From the NCBI GenBank assembly GCA_040768745.1, contig JAXGMI010000002.1, positions 672,001 through 736,000 on the forward strand: 64,000 nt of DNA, written 5' to 3'. A program made the position numbers and the translations under genes. Each line of letters opens with the position of its first letter. Positions within the stretch are counted from its first letter, which is position 1. Positions 9,277 through 19,686 of this stretch are shown here, piece by piece. The notes beneath the pieces were generated by a model that saw nothing but the letters and a program-made list of their open reading frames with translations, made no database searches and was not told where the DNA came from. The stretch is from Desulfomicrobium sp. (GTDB lineage Bacteria; Desulfobacterota; Desulfovibrionia; Desulfovibrionales; Desulfomicrobiaceae).

Positions 9277-10555
9277 ATGGGACACATCTCCAGCAAGGAC
9301 ATCTACCGCAAACTGGGCCGCCGCCTGGACCAGGCTCCGGTGCGCACGCCCTGGACGCCGGTCTTCAGGCAAACTGGTGGAAAGCCTCTACTCCAGGGCC
9401 GAGGCCGAGTTTGTCGCGCGCCTGCCCTACCGGCCCTCGACCCTGCCGCGCATCTCCCGCATGCTCGGCGAGCCCGAAGACGCCCTGCGCCCCATGCTCG
9501 ACGGGCTGTGTGCCAAGGGGCTGGTCATCGACATCTGGGACGGCGGTCACTATCTCTACATGGTCAGCCCCATCGTCATCGGCTTCTTCGAGTTCACCAT
9601 GATGCGCACGGGGCCGGATCTCCCGCGGGCCCGCTGGGCCGAGCTCTTCCAGGCCTACATGTTCGGGGAAAAGGACTTCCTGCAGGCCAATTTCGGCGAC
9701 GGACAGACCATATCGGTCATGCGCGCCCTGCCCCACGAGGAGGCCCTGGGCGAGCACGTCGAGATCCTGGACTACGAGAAGGCTTCGGCCCTCATCGAGA
9801 AGCACACGGAGTTTTCCATCGGCCTGTGCTCCTGCCGCCACGAGAAGCACCACCTGGGCCATGCGCCCTGCCCCACGCCCATGGAGACCTGCACCTCCAT
9901 GGGCACGGGCGCCAGGTTTCTGATCCGCAATGGCTTCGCCAGACCCATCGACAAGGCGCAGATGCGCGACATCCTGGCCCGCTCCCGCGACCAGGGTCTG
10001 ACCCTGTCTGCCGACAACGTGCGGCGCGACGCGGGTTTCATCTGCCACTGCTGCGGGTGCTGCTGCAACCTGCTCCGGGGCGTGCGCGAGACCGGATACA
10101 CCGGCATCCTCGTCACGGCCAGCGTCGTGGCCGCGGTGGACGAAAAACTGTGCACGGGATGCGGGCTGTGCGCCAAGGCCTGCCCGGTGAACGCAGTGAC
10201 GGTGGAGAAGGCTTCCGGGCAGGACAGCCCCAAACCCAGCAAAATTGCCGCCATAGGAGCGCATTGCCTGGGCTGCGGGGCCTGCGCCCTGAAGTGCCCC
10301 ACCGGGGCGCTCAAACTCCACCCCCGCCCGCAACAGGTCTTCCATCCCGAAGACAGCTTCGAGCGGGTCATGCTCCAGGCCCTGGAGCGCGACACCTTCC
10401 AGACCTTCCTCTTCGACAACCCTCAAAGCCGCACCCAGGAGTTCATGCGCGCCCTGGTCGGCGGCTTCCTGAAGCTGCCACCCGTCAAACGCGCCCTGTT
10501 GGGCGAAAAGCTGCATTCGCGTTTTCTCACGGCCCTGCGCAGGCTGGCCGGATAG
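9277..10555 (+). pseudogene. 4Fe-4S dicluster protein interrupted by a +1 frameshift near 9370 (pseudogene or sequencing error)
   Basis: RBS plus ATG 9277 gives MGHISSKDIYRKLGRRLDQAPVRTPWTPVFR; the rest (KLVESLYS..., CSCRH, ICHCCGCCC, two CxxCxxCxxxCP motifs) is in the +1 frame. Confidence 0.75.
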
Positions 10556-10653
10556 GACGCCCCGGTTCACGAAAGGAAGCATTCGGGCAACCGCCTCGAG
10601 TGGGCGGTGCGCTGCGCACCCGCGGGGCAGAGGTGCGTATCGGCTTGCATGCC

Positions 10654-10842
10654 CATTCCATTTCTGAATCAAAACGACGTGTTATATGAAGAGCTCACGC
10701 ATGGATTGCCGGTTTTTCAGCGGTCGCGCCCAGAAGGGCATAACCCGCAATGAACGAAGCAAAGAATCCCGACATTGCGCGGAGTCTTCGACAAAGCAAT
10801 CCATCTCTTTTGAAATTACTGCTTTGATTTCGAAATGGAATG
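10654..10842. mobile_element. MITE-like non-coding element with terminal inverted repeats
   Basis: Left end CATTCCATTTCTGAATCAAA versus reverse complement of right end CATTCCATTTCGAAATCAAA (18/20); inner IR ATGGATTGC/GCAATCCAT; lies between convergent genes. Confidence 0.6.
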
Positions 10843-10849
10843 AGGCGGT

Positions 10850-11806
10850 TCAGGAACCCAGGGCCATGGCTCCGTACTTGGCCGCTCCGCACAGGCCCGT
10901 GTCCGATCCAGTCACCAGCCGTACGGGAATGGCACCCAGCATCTCGCCATAGGCCGGAGAATCCCGGAATTCCCGCCTGAACTCATGATGATCGGCCAGA
11001 AAGGGATTCCGGACAGCGACCCCGCCGCAGAGGTTCACCCCACCCCAGGCCAGAACGCACAAGGCGTAGGACCGGCAGGATCGGCCGAGGAAACGGGCGA
11101 ACCATACAGCGGTCTCGCTGTCCGGGCCGATCTCCGCCGCGGCCGCTGCCGGGGGAAGATCCCGGCCGGTCAAGAAGCAGTGCACGAGAGAGAGCCCTGG
11201 GCCCGAAACAACAAGGTCCCCAAAGGCGTGAGAGTGGCCTGTCCGGGCCTGCAGGAATTCCAGGAACGCGAACTCGTGGCGGTCGATCATGGCCAAGGGT
11301 GCGTGTCCACCCTCGGATGGGAGAGGCAGGACCCCGCCACCAGGGAGCGGAACCAGGGCACACAGCCCAAGGCCGGTGCCTGGCCCCACGGCGGCCACGA
11401 CTCCCGGCCTGACCGGGCCATCCTGGACCGTAACGGCCGAAACCTTCGCGGATTCGAGGGTGCAGCCCAGGGCCTGGGCCACAAAATCGTTGACCAGGAG
11501 AGTTTTGCCTGGCGGCAGGTGGTTGGCCGGGTCAGCGGGATCGACACCCCAGGAGGCGTTGGTCAGCCTTGATACCCGGCCATCCCGCACGGGACCGGCC
11601 ACGGCCAGAACGATCCGGTCCGCGTCTTCCGGCCTCAAGCCGAAGCCCTCATCCCGCAGGCGGGTAAAAAGTTCCGCCAGGGACCCGACCGCGGCCGTGG
11701 GTACGGCGCAGGACTCGAGCAGTCGGGGCTCCGACCCGGATCGCGCCTCGAACCATCCGAAACGGCTGTTGGTGCCGCCGATATCGGCGGCCAGGATGGT
11801 GGGCAT
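10850..11806 (-). CDS. glk: Glucokinase
   Basis: LAADIGGTNSRF, LVNDFVA, GPGTGLG, PSEGGH. Confidence 0.9.
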   Translation of the reverse strand: MPTILAADIGGTNSRFGWFEARSGSEPRLLESCAVPTAAVGSLAELFTRLRDEGFGLRPEDADRIVLAVAGPVRDGRVSRLTNASWGVDPADPANHLPPGKTLLVNDFVAQALGCTLESAKVSAVTVQDGPVRPGVVAAVGPGTGLGLCALVPLPGGGVLPLPSEGGHAPLAMIDRHEFAFLEFLQARTGHSHAFGDLVVSGPGLSLVHCFLTGRDLPPAAAAAEIGPDSETAVWFARFLGRSCRSYALCVLAWGGVNLCGGVAVRNPFLADHHEFRREFRDSPAYGEMLGAIPVRLVTGSDTGLCGAAKYGAMALGS

Positions 11807-11986
11807 TGTTTCCCCCCTCAAAATTCACGTGTCATCGCGGACAACCGACAAGCAGCCAGGCATCCAACGCATGGCCCCCATGCAGGACAAGGTATGTCCT
11901 GTCTGCCTCAGATCTGGTCCCGAAACAGCAACCCCCCGGCTGATCAGGTCGGGGGGCGCGCAATTCCTTTGAAAAGAACCGGTGCA

Positions 11987-13060
11987 TCAGGCCGTTGCAG
12001 CCTGCTGTTGCGGCTCGGCATCGATTTTGGGCCTGAACAGGGCCAGGATCGGTGCGCCGACAAAGACCGAGGAATATGTGCCCACCAGCACGCCTACCAG
12101 CATGAGCAGGGCAAAGTCGTGGATCACGCCCCCGCCGAAAATGTACAGGGAAAGCACTGCAATGAAGGTAGTGCCGGCGGTGATGAAGGTCCGGGACAGG
12201 GTCTGGTTCACGGACTTGTTGATGACCACTTCCAGGGACGGGGAGACTTTGGCGCGCAGGTTTTCGCGGATGCGGTCGTAGATGATGATGGTGTCGTTCA
12301 GCGAATAGCCCACGATGGTCAGCAAGGCCGCGATAATGGTCAGATCCACTTCCTTGTTCAGGAGGGAGAACAGACCCAGGGGAAGCATGACGTCATGGAT
12401 CAGGGCCACGATGGCCCCCAGCGCATACTTGAGCCGCAGCACGGCGCAGAGTACCAGGGTGGCGATGGTCGCTGCAACCACCGAGACGCTCATGGGCGCG
12501 TGCAGGAGTTCCAGCACGTAGACAACGGAGGCGAGTCCTGCGGCCATGAGCCCGGCAACCATCCACTTCTGCTCGAAACGGCCGGATATGTAGGTGGCCA
12601 TGAGCAGAATCGCATAGAAAATGGCTTGCAGGGCCTTTTCCCGCAAATCCGCGCCGACCTTGGGCCCGACCATTTCCAGGCGCTGAATTTCATAGGACAC
12701 ATTCCCCAGCTTGTCTGCCATGGCCTGGTCCACTGCGGCCCGGACCTGGTTGGCGGTCTGATCGGAAAAGGAGGCCCGCAGCAAGACCTGATGGTCGCCG
12801 GCATCGCCAAAATTCTGCACCACCAGTCCGGGCAGGGCCGGACTGTCCAGGGCGGCACGCAACGTGTCCAGTTCCACAGCCTGGCTGAACTGCATCTGCA
12901 CGTTGAAGCCGCCGGCAAAATCGATGCCGTAACGCGGACCGCCTTTGATGATGAGGGACAGCACCCCGGTCAGAAGAAGGACCGCGGACAGGATGTAGGC
13001 GTACTTGCGCATCCCGACGAAATCGATGTTCGTGTCCTGTCTGATAAGTTCAAAAGACAT
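11987..13060 (-). CDS. secF: Protein translocase subunit SecF
   Basis: GIDFAGG, VGPKVG, ALIHDV, GYSLNDTIIIYDRIREN, GTYSS. Confidence 0.97.
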   Translation of the reverse strand: MSFELIRQDTNIDFVGMRKYAYILSAVLLLTGVLSLIIKGGPRYGIDFAGGFNVQMQFSQAVELDTLRAALDSPALPGLVVQNFGDAGDHQVLLRASFSDQTANQVRAAVDQAMADKLGNVSYEIQRLEMVGPKVGADLREKALQAIFYAILLMATYISGRFEQKWMVAGLMAAGLASVVYVLELLHAPMSVSVVAATIATLVLCAVLRLKYALGAIVALIHDVMLPLGLFSLLNKEVDLTIIAALLTIVGYSLNDTIIIYDRIRENLRAKVSPSLEVVINKSVNQTLSRTFITAGTTFIAVLSLYIFGGGVIHDFALLMLVGVLVGTYSSVFVGAPILALFRPKIDAEPQQQAATA

Positions 13061-13070
13061 GGTCTGCTCC

Positions 13071-14666
13071 TTAAATGCTCGGTTGGGTCCCTGGCTGTCG
13101 TCTTTCCAGCCAGGCGTCGAAAAAGATGCGTGACACGAAAATGGCCGTGAACATGGAGGCCAGGATGCCCAGGGTCAGCGTGACGGCAAACCCCCGCACC
13201 GGACCCGTGCCGAACTGATAGAGGATGACCGCGGCGATGATGGTGGTCAGGTTGGAGTCCACAATGGTCATGGTCGCCCGGGAGAACCCGTTCGTGATGG
13301 CGTTGGACACGGACTCTCCGCGCCGCAACTCCTCCCGGATGCGCTCGTAGATGAGCACGTTGGCATCCACGGCCATCCCCAGGGTCAGGATGATGCCGGC
13401 GATGCCGGGCAGGGTCAGGGTCGCCCCAAAGGCGGCCAGGCCTGCCAGAATGAGAATGATGTCGAGAACGATCTCAAATGAGGCAATGAGTCCGGCCCGG
13501 CGGTAATAGATGGACATGAAGATGATGACGGCCAGACCGCCGATGAACGCCGCGAACATGCCCTTGTCGATGGATTCCTGACCGAGGGAAGGGCCGACAG
13601 AACGTTCCTCCAGGATGGTCACCGGCGCGGGCAGGGACCCGGCGCGCAGAACCACGGCCAGATCATGGGCTTCTTCCGTTGTGAACTGCCCGGTGATGGA
13701 GGCCCGCCCACCGGCGATCCGATCCTGGATAACCGGGGCGGAGTGCACCTTGCCGTCCAGCACGATGGCCAGCCGCTTCTTCACATTGGCCCCGGTCACA
13801 TCCTCGAAGATGCGTGCGCCCCTGGCGTTGAAATTCATACCCACATACGCCTGTCCGTACGAATCGAACTGCACGTTGGCATCGGTGATGTATTCGCCGG
13901 TCAGGACCACCTCGGACTTGAGCACGATGGGAGTCTGCGTTTCGGCGGCGTTCTTCTTGCTGAAAAGATAGGCCAGCTCGCTCTCCGGTGGAACCTTGCC
14001 GGCCAGGGCTGCCTGCACATCGGCCGTTTCGTCCACAAGCCTGAATTCCAGGTGAGCGGTGCGCCCGATGATGCTGATGGCCCGCTTGGGGTCGTCCAAG
14101 CCGGGAAGCTGCACAATGATGCGGTTGCCCAGCTGCTTGCGGATGTCGGGCTCGGCCACGCCGAACTGGTCAATGCGGTTGCGGATGGTCTTCAGGGCCT
14201 GATCCATGGTCAGGTTTTCGACATATTTGACATGCTCGTCGGTGGCGGTCAGCACATATCTGAGCTGGCCATTGCCTGCCTCTGTTGAGGAGGTGACGCC
14301 CATGCTGCCGAAACGCTTCTTGAGCAGATCCTCCAGTTCCTGCCGCTGTTCGGCCTTGAGCAGGATGAATTCGAGCTGATTCGTGCCCAGGAGTTTCGGG
14401 CGCAGGACCATGATCTTCTTGTCCCGGGCTTCGGCGCGCAGGTCCTGACCGGCACTGGTCACCGCATTGGCCATGGCTGTTTCGAGATCCACCCCCAGGG
14501 TCAGGTGAATGCCGCCCTTCAAGTCCAGCCCAAGACTGATTTCATCGGAGGGCAGGAGCTTGCCCAGGAAGGACGTGCGCACCGAAGGAATCGATGGCAG
14601 GATATATATGAGGGCCACCACAATCACGAAAGCGGCAAGCACTGCCCTCCAACGCAAACTACCCAT
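13071..14666 (-). CDS. secD: Protein translocase subunit SecD
   Basis: LGLDLKGG, RIDQFGVAEP, VGPSLG, GMAVDANVLIYERIREE; start at 14666 (or 14675). Confidence 0.97.
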   Translation of the reverse strand: MGSLRWRAVLAAFVIVVALIYILPSIPSVRTSFLGKLLPSDEISLGLDLKGGIHLTLGVDLETAMANAVTSAGQDLRAEARDKKIMVLRPKLLGTNQLEFILLKAEQRQELEDLLKKRFGSMGVTSSTEAGNGQLRYVLTATDEHVKYVENLTMDQALKTIRNRIDQFGVAEPDIRKQLGNRIIVQLPGLDDPKRAISIIGRTAHLEFRLVDETADVQAALAGKVPPESELAYLFSKKNAAETQTPIVLKSEVVLTGEYITDANVQFDSYGQAYVGMNFNARGARIFEDVTGANVKKRLAIVLDGKVHSAPVIQDRIAGGRASITGQFTTEEAHDLAVVLRAGSLPAPVTILEERSVGPSLGQESIDKGMFAAFIGGLAVIIFMSIYYRRAGLIASFEIVLDIILILAGLAAFGATLTLPGIAGIILTLGMAVDANVLIYERIREELRRGESVSNAITNGFSRATMTIVDSNLTTIIAAVILYQFGTGPVRGFAVTLTLGILASMFTAIFVSRIFFDAWLERRQPGTQPSI

Positions 14667-14816
14667 GAGCGTCATCCTTACAAACGTACAAAGCAAACAG
14701 GTTGGAAAGCGCCGCGACGTCGACCTCAACCGACCGAGGGCGCGACAACACACAAAACGCCTCACCCCTCAAGATGGGGAGAGACCCGCCGTAGCGCAGG
14801 ACGGGTCAAAACACCA

Positions 14817-15170
14817 CTATTTCTTGTCCTTGGACTTGTTCACACCGCCTTCAGGGCTCAACACAGCGGAAATGAAGGCACGTCCGACCTGAACCTGCAC
14901 ATTGCTGCCTACATCCAGGGTCAATACGTCATCTTTGGCTTCGATCACGCGACCATACAGCCCGCCCGCGGTGATGACGCGATCTCCGCGGCCCAGATTT
15001 TCCAGCATCTGTTTGTGTTCCTTCTGCTTCTTCTGCTGCGGGCGGATGAGCAGAAAATAGAAGATAACGAACATGAGGATGAGCGGCATGAATGTCATCA
15101 GCGGCCCTCCGGGCTGGCCATCAGCGACCGGGGCCTGGCCCATGGCGTGGGCGAGATTTTCAAAAAACAT
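14817..15170 (-). CDS. yajC: Preprotein translocase subunit YajC
   Basis: FYFLLIRPQQKKQK, GDRVITAGGLYG; upstream of secD; GGAGG RBS. Confidence 0.96.
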   Translation of the reverse strand: MFFENLAHAMGQAPVADGQPGGPLMTFMPLILMFVIFYFLLIRPQQKKQKEHKQMLENLGRGDRVITAGGLYGRVIEAKDDVLTLDVGSNVQVQVGRAFISAVLSPEGGVNKSKDKK

Positions 15171-15248
15171 GAGTTCCTCCGTTATGTAAGTGCATCTGTT
15201 CGCTGGGTGGCTACCCTGGAGTAGCCGGAAATTCAAGATCAAACCGGC

Positions 15249-16667
15249 CTAGATCCCGAGAATCTCCCGGTATTCAGCGATTTCGTCGCGCAGTGCCCGC
15301 AGCTTGGCCTGTTGATCCGTTCTGACGGCCAAGGCTTCGGCTTTTTGCAGGTGAAATGTGTATTTGGTGAACTGTCGCTTGTAGGCAAATGCCCTGGCAA
15401 AATGCAAATGCCCGTCGAACTGGTTGCCCATGGCCGCATGGTAGCGGCCCAAATTTTCCTGCACTTCCGCATCGCGCGGCACGGACTTGGCCACCTTCTC
15501 CATAGCCGCGATGCTGGCCCCGAAGTTGCCCTGCTCAGCCACGGCCCGGGCATAGAAAAACAGGGCAAAGAGGTCTGCGGGGTTCTTCAGCACAGCCTCC
15601 TGCAGGGCCTCCACGGCGGTACTGAGTTCGCCATACTCGAAGGCAAAGCGGCCATACTCCCGCTTCCACAGGGGGTCCCCGGGGTTGCATGCCAGGGCTT
15701 CGTGAAAACGCGCTCTGGCTTCCTCGACCTGGTGCAATCGGCTCAAGGCAATGGCATCCCCGAGCTTGGAAAGGCAGGCCGTGGACGCGGAAGAGGAGAA
15801 TACAGCGTTGGCCGTGTTGGCGTCGCTGAACCAAGCGTGTACCAGTGTGCGGACCTTGTAAAACTCCCTGTTGTCCGTGGGCTGCTGATGCACGCCCTGT
15901 GACAGGCGGGAGATGCGCTCCTGCATGTAGCCGAGGCGATCGTCCAGACCGGGATGGGTGGTCAGATAGGAGGGTACGCTCCCCCCGCCGCCCAGCCACT
16001 GCAGTTTGCGGATCTTTTCAAAAGCCCTGGTCGTGCCCGCAGGGGAAAATCCGGCCTTGACCAGGTATTCCAACCCAAACTGGTCCGCATCTTTTTCGTT
16101 CTCCCGGGTGTACTTGAGCTGCAGGGACTGTGATCCGGCAACGGCTCCAATGGCCAGGGCGTCGCCGCTTTCCGAGCTGACCTGGGACCCGATCAGCACC
16201 CCGGCCAGAATGCCGAGCAGGGAACCGGCCCCGATGAACTGGCTTTTCTCAATGGAGCGGGCGATGTGCCGCTCCGAAACATGGGCCAGTTCATGTGCAA
16301 TGACACTGGCCAGTTCGTCCTCCCCATCAAGATTGGCGATCAGCCCGGTGAAGATCGTCACGTGGCCAGCGGCGGAAGCAAAGGCGTTCAGCGCGCCGTT
16401 GCGGACCACCGTGACCTTGATGGGAAAGGGCTGGGGAGGCATGACGGCCACCAGCCGGTCCACCAGGGATTGGACATAGCCCGTGATAACGCTGTCATGG
16501 ACCACGGGAAATCTGGTCTCGATGACCAGATCGAACTTCCGGGCCAGTTCCAGTTCATCCCGGATGGTGAACTCGCCCAGCCAGGCCCGGGCCGGAAAGG
16601 GAAGAAAAAGAATGGCCAGGCAGAGCAGGCCTGTCTCCCAGAGCCGGGCCGCACGGCCAAGCATCAC
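15249..16667 (-). CDS. M48-family metalloprotease with TPRs (BepA/YfgC-like)
   Basis: Signal peptide, NAFA, HELAH zinc motif, ENEKDAD, YLTTHP, C-terminal TPRs. Confidence 0.88.
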   Translation of the reverse strand: MMLGRAARLWETGLLCLAILFLPFPARAWLGEFTIRDELELARKFDLVIETRFPVVHDSVITGYVQSLVDRLVAVMPPQPFPIKVTVVRNGALNAFASAAGHVTIFTGLIANLDGEDELASVIAHELAHVSERHIARSIEKSQFIGAGSLLGILAGVLIGSQVSSESGDALAIGAVAGSQSLQLKYTRENEKDADQFGLEYLVKAGFSPAGTTRAFEKIRKLQWLGGGGSVPSYLTTHPGLDDRLGYMQERISRLSQGVHQQPTDNREFYKVRTLVHAWFSDANTANAVFSSSASTACLSKLGDAIALSRLHQVEEARARFHEALACNPGDPLWKREYGRFAFEYGELSTAVEALQEAVLKNPADLFALFFYARAVAEQGNFGASIAAMEKVAKSVPRDAEVQENLGRYHAAMGNQFDGHLHFARAFAYKRQFTKYTFHLQKAEALAVRTDQQAKLRALRDEIAEYREILGI

Positions 16668-17560
16668 GCTGTCCTCGGGTCCGCCAGGGCCGGGCCGCGG
16701 CGCTTGAAGCCGCTGAGGAGGAAACGGCGGACTGGTCCGGTCCCCTCCAGCCGGAGCTTGTCGCCGCGCTCTTCTGGCGAGAGCGCCCTGCTCTGTTCTT
16801 TGAGACGAAGGGTGAAATACGCGCGGAACAATTCCTCCACCTCGGCATAGGACCTGACCTGCAGCTGGTCGAGGTCCGAGATGCTGATGCCCAGCCCGTC
16901 GGTGGGCACGGCCTCGATGGCCAACTGCAAGGGTACGGGGTCCTTCAGGCGGGCGCAGAGCATGCGGGCCAGATCGTATTCCGTGCTTTTTGGAATAAGC
17001 TGGATGGGGCTGACATCCCCCACATCCCCGTGCAGGGTCCAGAATCCGGTCAGCAGTTCATCCAGCTGATCCGTGGAGAGCACGCAACCGCCATGAAGCT
17101 GCGCGACATGGTAGAGAAAGATCATCCGCACCCTGGCTTTGATGTTGCCTTCGGCCAACGGGGTGGAAGCGGGGCAGATGTCTGCAAAAGTCCGGGAAAT
17201 CCGGGCATAGAGATCCGTGAAATCGTGCACCTGGCGGCATGACGTTCCCTGGGGAGGGTTGGCGTAGGCCAGGGCCGCCCTTGTGCCGCGATCAATCTCG
17301 GCCGGGGTGTTGGAAGCGATGGGCAGACAGAATCCAAGATAGGGAATGCGACGGTGGTGGAGCAGGGCCGCGAGAAAGGACGAATCGACCCCCCCGGAAA
17401 GACCCATGACATAGAGTTTCAGTTTCGAGACACGCAGATACTCTTCCAGAAAATCACCCAGGGCATCCAGCAGCCCGGGAGAAGCCTTGATGTCAAGAAG
17501 TTCAAGCCAGAGCGCAAAATCGTCGTCACGAGGACATGCCGTCCTGGTCAGCCCAGCCAT
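16664..17560 (-). CDS. nadE: NH3-dependent NAD+ synthetase
   Basis: GLSGGVDS PP-loop, GNIKARVRM, GFWTLHGD, PTDGL; no glutaminase domain. Confidence 0.85.
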   Translation of the reverse strand: MAGLTRTACPRDDDFALWLELLDIKASPGLLDALGDFLEEYLRVSKLKLYVMGLSGGVDSSFLAALLHHRRIPYLGFCLPIASNTPAEIDRGTRAALAYANPPQGTSCRQVHDFTDLYARISRTFADICPASTPLAEGNIKARVRMIFLYHVAQLHGGCVLSTDQLDELLTGFWTLHGDVGDVSPIQLIPKSTEYDLARMLCARLKDPVPLQLAIEAVPTDGLGISISDLDQLQVRSYAEVEELFRAYFTLRLKEQSRALSPEERGDKLRLEGTGPVRRFLLSGFKRRGPALADPRTA

Positions 17561-17571
17561 TCCCTTCTCCT

Positions 17572-18819
17572 CTAGGAGTTCATCATCTCCAAAAAGTCCT
17601 TGTTGCCCTTGGTCCCGCGCATTTTGTCCAGCAGAAAATCCATGCTGTCAACAGAGTTCATGGGGGCCATGACCCGGCGCAGGATCCACACCTTGTTCAG
17701 CACATCGGGATCAAGCAGGAGTTCCTCTTTGCGGGTTCCGGAACGGTTCAGGTCAATGGCGGGGAAAAGGCGTTTGTCCGAAAGATGGCGGTCCAGATAG
17801 ATGTCGGAATTGCCCGTGCCCTTGAACTCTTCGAAGATGACTTCGTCCATGCGCGAACCGGTATCGATCAGGGCTGTGGAAATGATGGTCAGGCTGCCAC
17901 CCTCCTCGATGTTGCGGGCCGCACCGAAAAAGCGCTTGGGCCGCTGCAGGGCATTGGCATCCAGCCCGCCGGACAGGACCCTGCCCGAGGAGGGCGTGGT
18001 GGCGTTATAGGCCCTGCCCAAACGGGTGATGGAATCGAGGAGAATGACGACATCCACCTTGCGTTCCACCAGACGCTTGGCCTTTTCCAGGACCATTTCC
18101 GCCACCTGCACATGGCGTTGCGGCGGCTCGTCAAATGTCGAACTGATGACCTCGGCCTTGACGGTCCGCTCCATGTCCGTGACCTCTTCAGGGCGCTCGT
18201 CAATCAGAAGCACGATGAGATAGGCGTCGGGATGGTTCACGCTGATGGAATTGGCGATGGTCTGCATCAGCATGGTCTTTCCGGTCCGGGGCGGTGCCAC
18301 GATAAGAGCCCGTTGCCCTTTGCCGATGGGGGTCATGAGGTCCATGATCCGGGCCGAGTAATTCTTGTCTCCATTCTCCAGTCGGAACTGCTCGTCCGGA
18401 TAGATGGGGGTCAGGTTGTCAAACAGGACGATCCGTTTGGCCTCCTCTGGCTCGCGGAAACAAATCTCCTTCACCCTGAGCAAGGCGAAATAGCGCTCTC
18501 CTTCCTTGGGTGGCCGGATCTGCCCGGAAATGACATCCCCTGTGCGCAGTCCAAATCGCCTGATTTGTGAGGGCGACACATATATATCGTCCGGCCCCGG
18601 CATGTAACTGTACATCGGAGATCGTAGAAAACCAAATCCATCGGGAAGAATCTCCAGCACACCTTCCCCAAAGATGGAACCGTTTTGTGATGCGCAGGCC
18701 TGAAGCAAGGCGAAAATCAGCTCCTGCTTGCGCAGGCCGCTTGGATTTTCGATTTGATACTGTGCTGCGATATCCATGAGTTCAGACATGGATTTGGTTT
18801 TCAATTCGGAAAGATTCAT
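17572..18819 (-). CDS. rho: Transcription termination factor Rho
   Basis: [46 protein letters not shown]. Confidence 0.99.
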   Translation of the reverse strand: MNLSELKTKSMSELMDIAAQYQIENPSGLRKQELIFALLQACASQNGSIFGEGVLEILPDGFGFLRSPMYSYMPGPDDIYVSPSQIRRFGLRTGDVISGQIRPPKEGERYFALLRVKEICFREPEEAKRIVLFDNLTPIYPDEQFRLENGDKNYSARIMDLMTPIGKGQRALIVAPPRTGKTMLMQTIANSISVNHPDAYLIVLLIDERPEEVTDMERTVKAEVISSTFDEPPQRHVQVAEMVLEKAKRLVERKVDVVILLDSITRLGRAYNATTPSSGRVLSGGLDANALQRPKRFFGAARNIEEGGSLTIISTALIDTGSRMDEVIFEEFKGTGNSDIYLDRHLSDKRLFPAIDLNRSGTRKEELLLDPDVLNKVWILRRVMAPMNSVDSMDFLLDKMRGTKGNKDFLEMMNS

Positions 18820-19033
18820 AACAAACCTCGCGACAAAAATATAAGCTAAAACATAAGACGTGAAATCAGATAAATCTCAATACAAATTGTATGAGTATTT
18901 CAACAGGATAGTAGATGGATGATAAAGATGCGTTGCGTCGAATCCTGGTACCATTCAAGGCATTACATATATGGATAACTTCTGGGTACGAGTAGTGTCT
19001 GGCAGGAACAATATCAAATTACTTGAACACAAG

Positions 19034-19060
19034 AAAAAAAACAAGGGGTTCGTCCCCCTT
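19034..19060 (-). terminator. Intrinsic terminator after carD
   Basis: AAGGGG/CCCCTT stem followed on the minus strand by a long T run. Confidence 0.7.
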
Positions 19061-19061
19061 T

Positions 19062-19592
19062 TCAATCTCCAACAGGCCCATCTTCGGAAGTCTTCGCATG
19101 CAGGATGTCGGCGAAAAGACTTTCGATGGACTTCTTGACCTCGGCCTGAGTCAGGCCCAAGGCAAAGGACAATTCAAGGGAAATGAGCCCCATGGCCTGT
19201 TCCAGCAGCCGACGCTCTCCAAAAGACAGCTCCTTGTCCTTGCCGATGAGGATCAGTTCCTTGAGCACATAGGCCACGTCCCGCAAATTGCTGCTTTTCA
19301 ACTTCTCCGAGTATTCGCGATACCGGCGGTTCCAGTTCTGGCCTGAATAGCCGGTAAAATCAGAACGATCCTGAAGGTACGCACGGATCTCGTCTGCCTG
19401 CTCCGCAGAATAGACGCCACGCAATCCCACGTTCTTGGCGTTCTTCACGGGCACCATGAGCGTCACGTTGTTGCTGAGGATGCGCACGATAATGAGTTCC
19501 GTGGCCACGCCGCCGATTTCCTGGGTTTCGATCCTTTCGACCTTCCCGACCCCCTGCGCGGGATAGACGACAAGTTCACCAGCGGAAAACAC
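19062..19592 (-). CDS. carD: CarD/CdnL-family transcriptional regulator
   Basis: GELVVYPAQGVGKV, NWNRRYRE, LSFGERRL; GTG start with GGAGG. Confidence 0.92.
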   Translation of the reverse strand: MFSAGELVVYPAQGVGKVERIETQEIGGVATELIIVRILSNNVTLMVPVKNAKNVGLRGVYSAEQADEIRAYLQDRSDFTGYSGQNWNRRYREYSEKLKSSNLRDVAYVLKELILIGKDKELSFGERRLLEQAMGLISLELSFALGLTQAEVKKSIESLFADILHAKTSEDGPVGD

Positions 19593-19686
19593 AACCGACC
19601 TCCAGGATGACAAAATCGAACAGCATAGGTGAGTTTTTATAGATGAAAATTGATGGGCAGTCCACAACAGGAAGTTGGACTCATCT

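Noticed and set aside
9277..10689. 470-aa ORF as an independent overlapping gene
   Set aside because: Only the first 31 codons look real; the rest is the Arg/Pro/Gly-rich off-frame reading of the Fe-S gene
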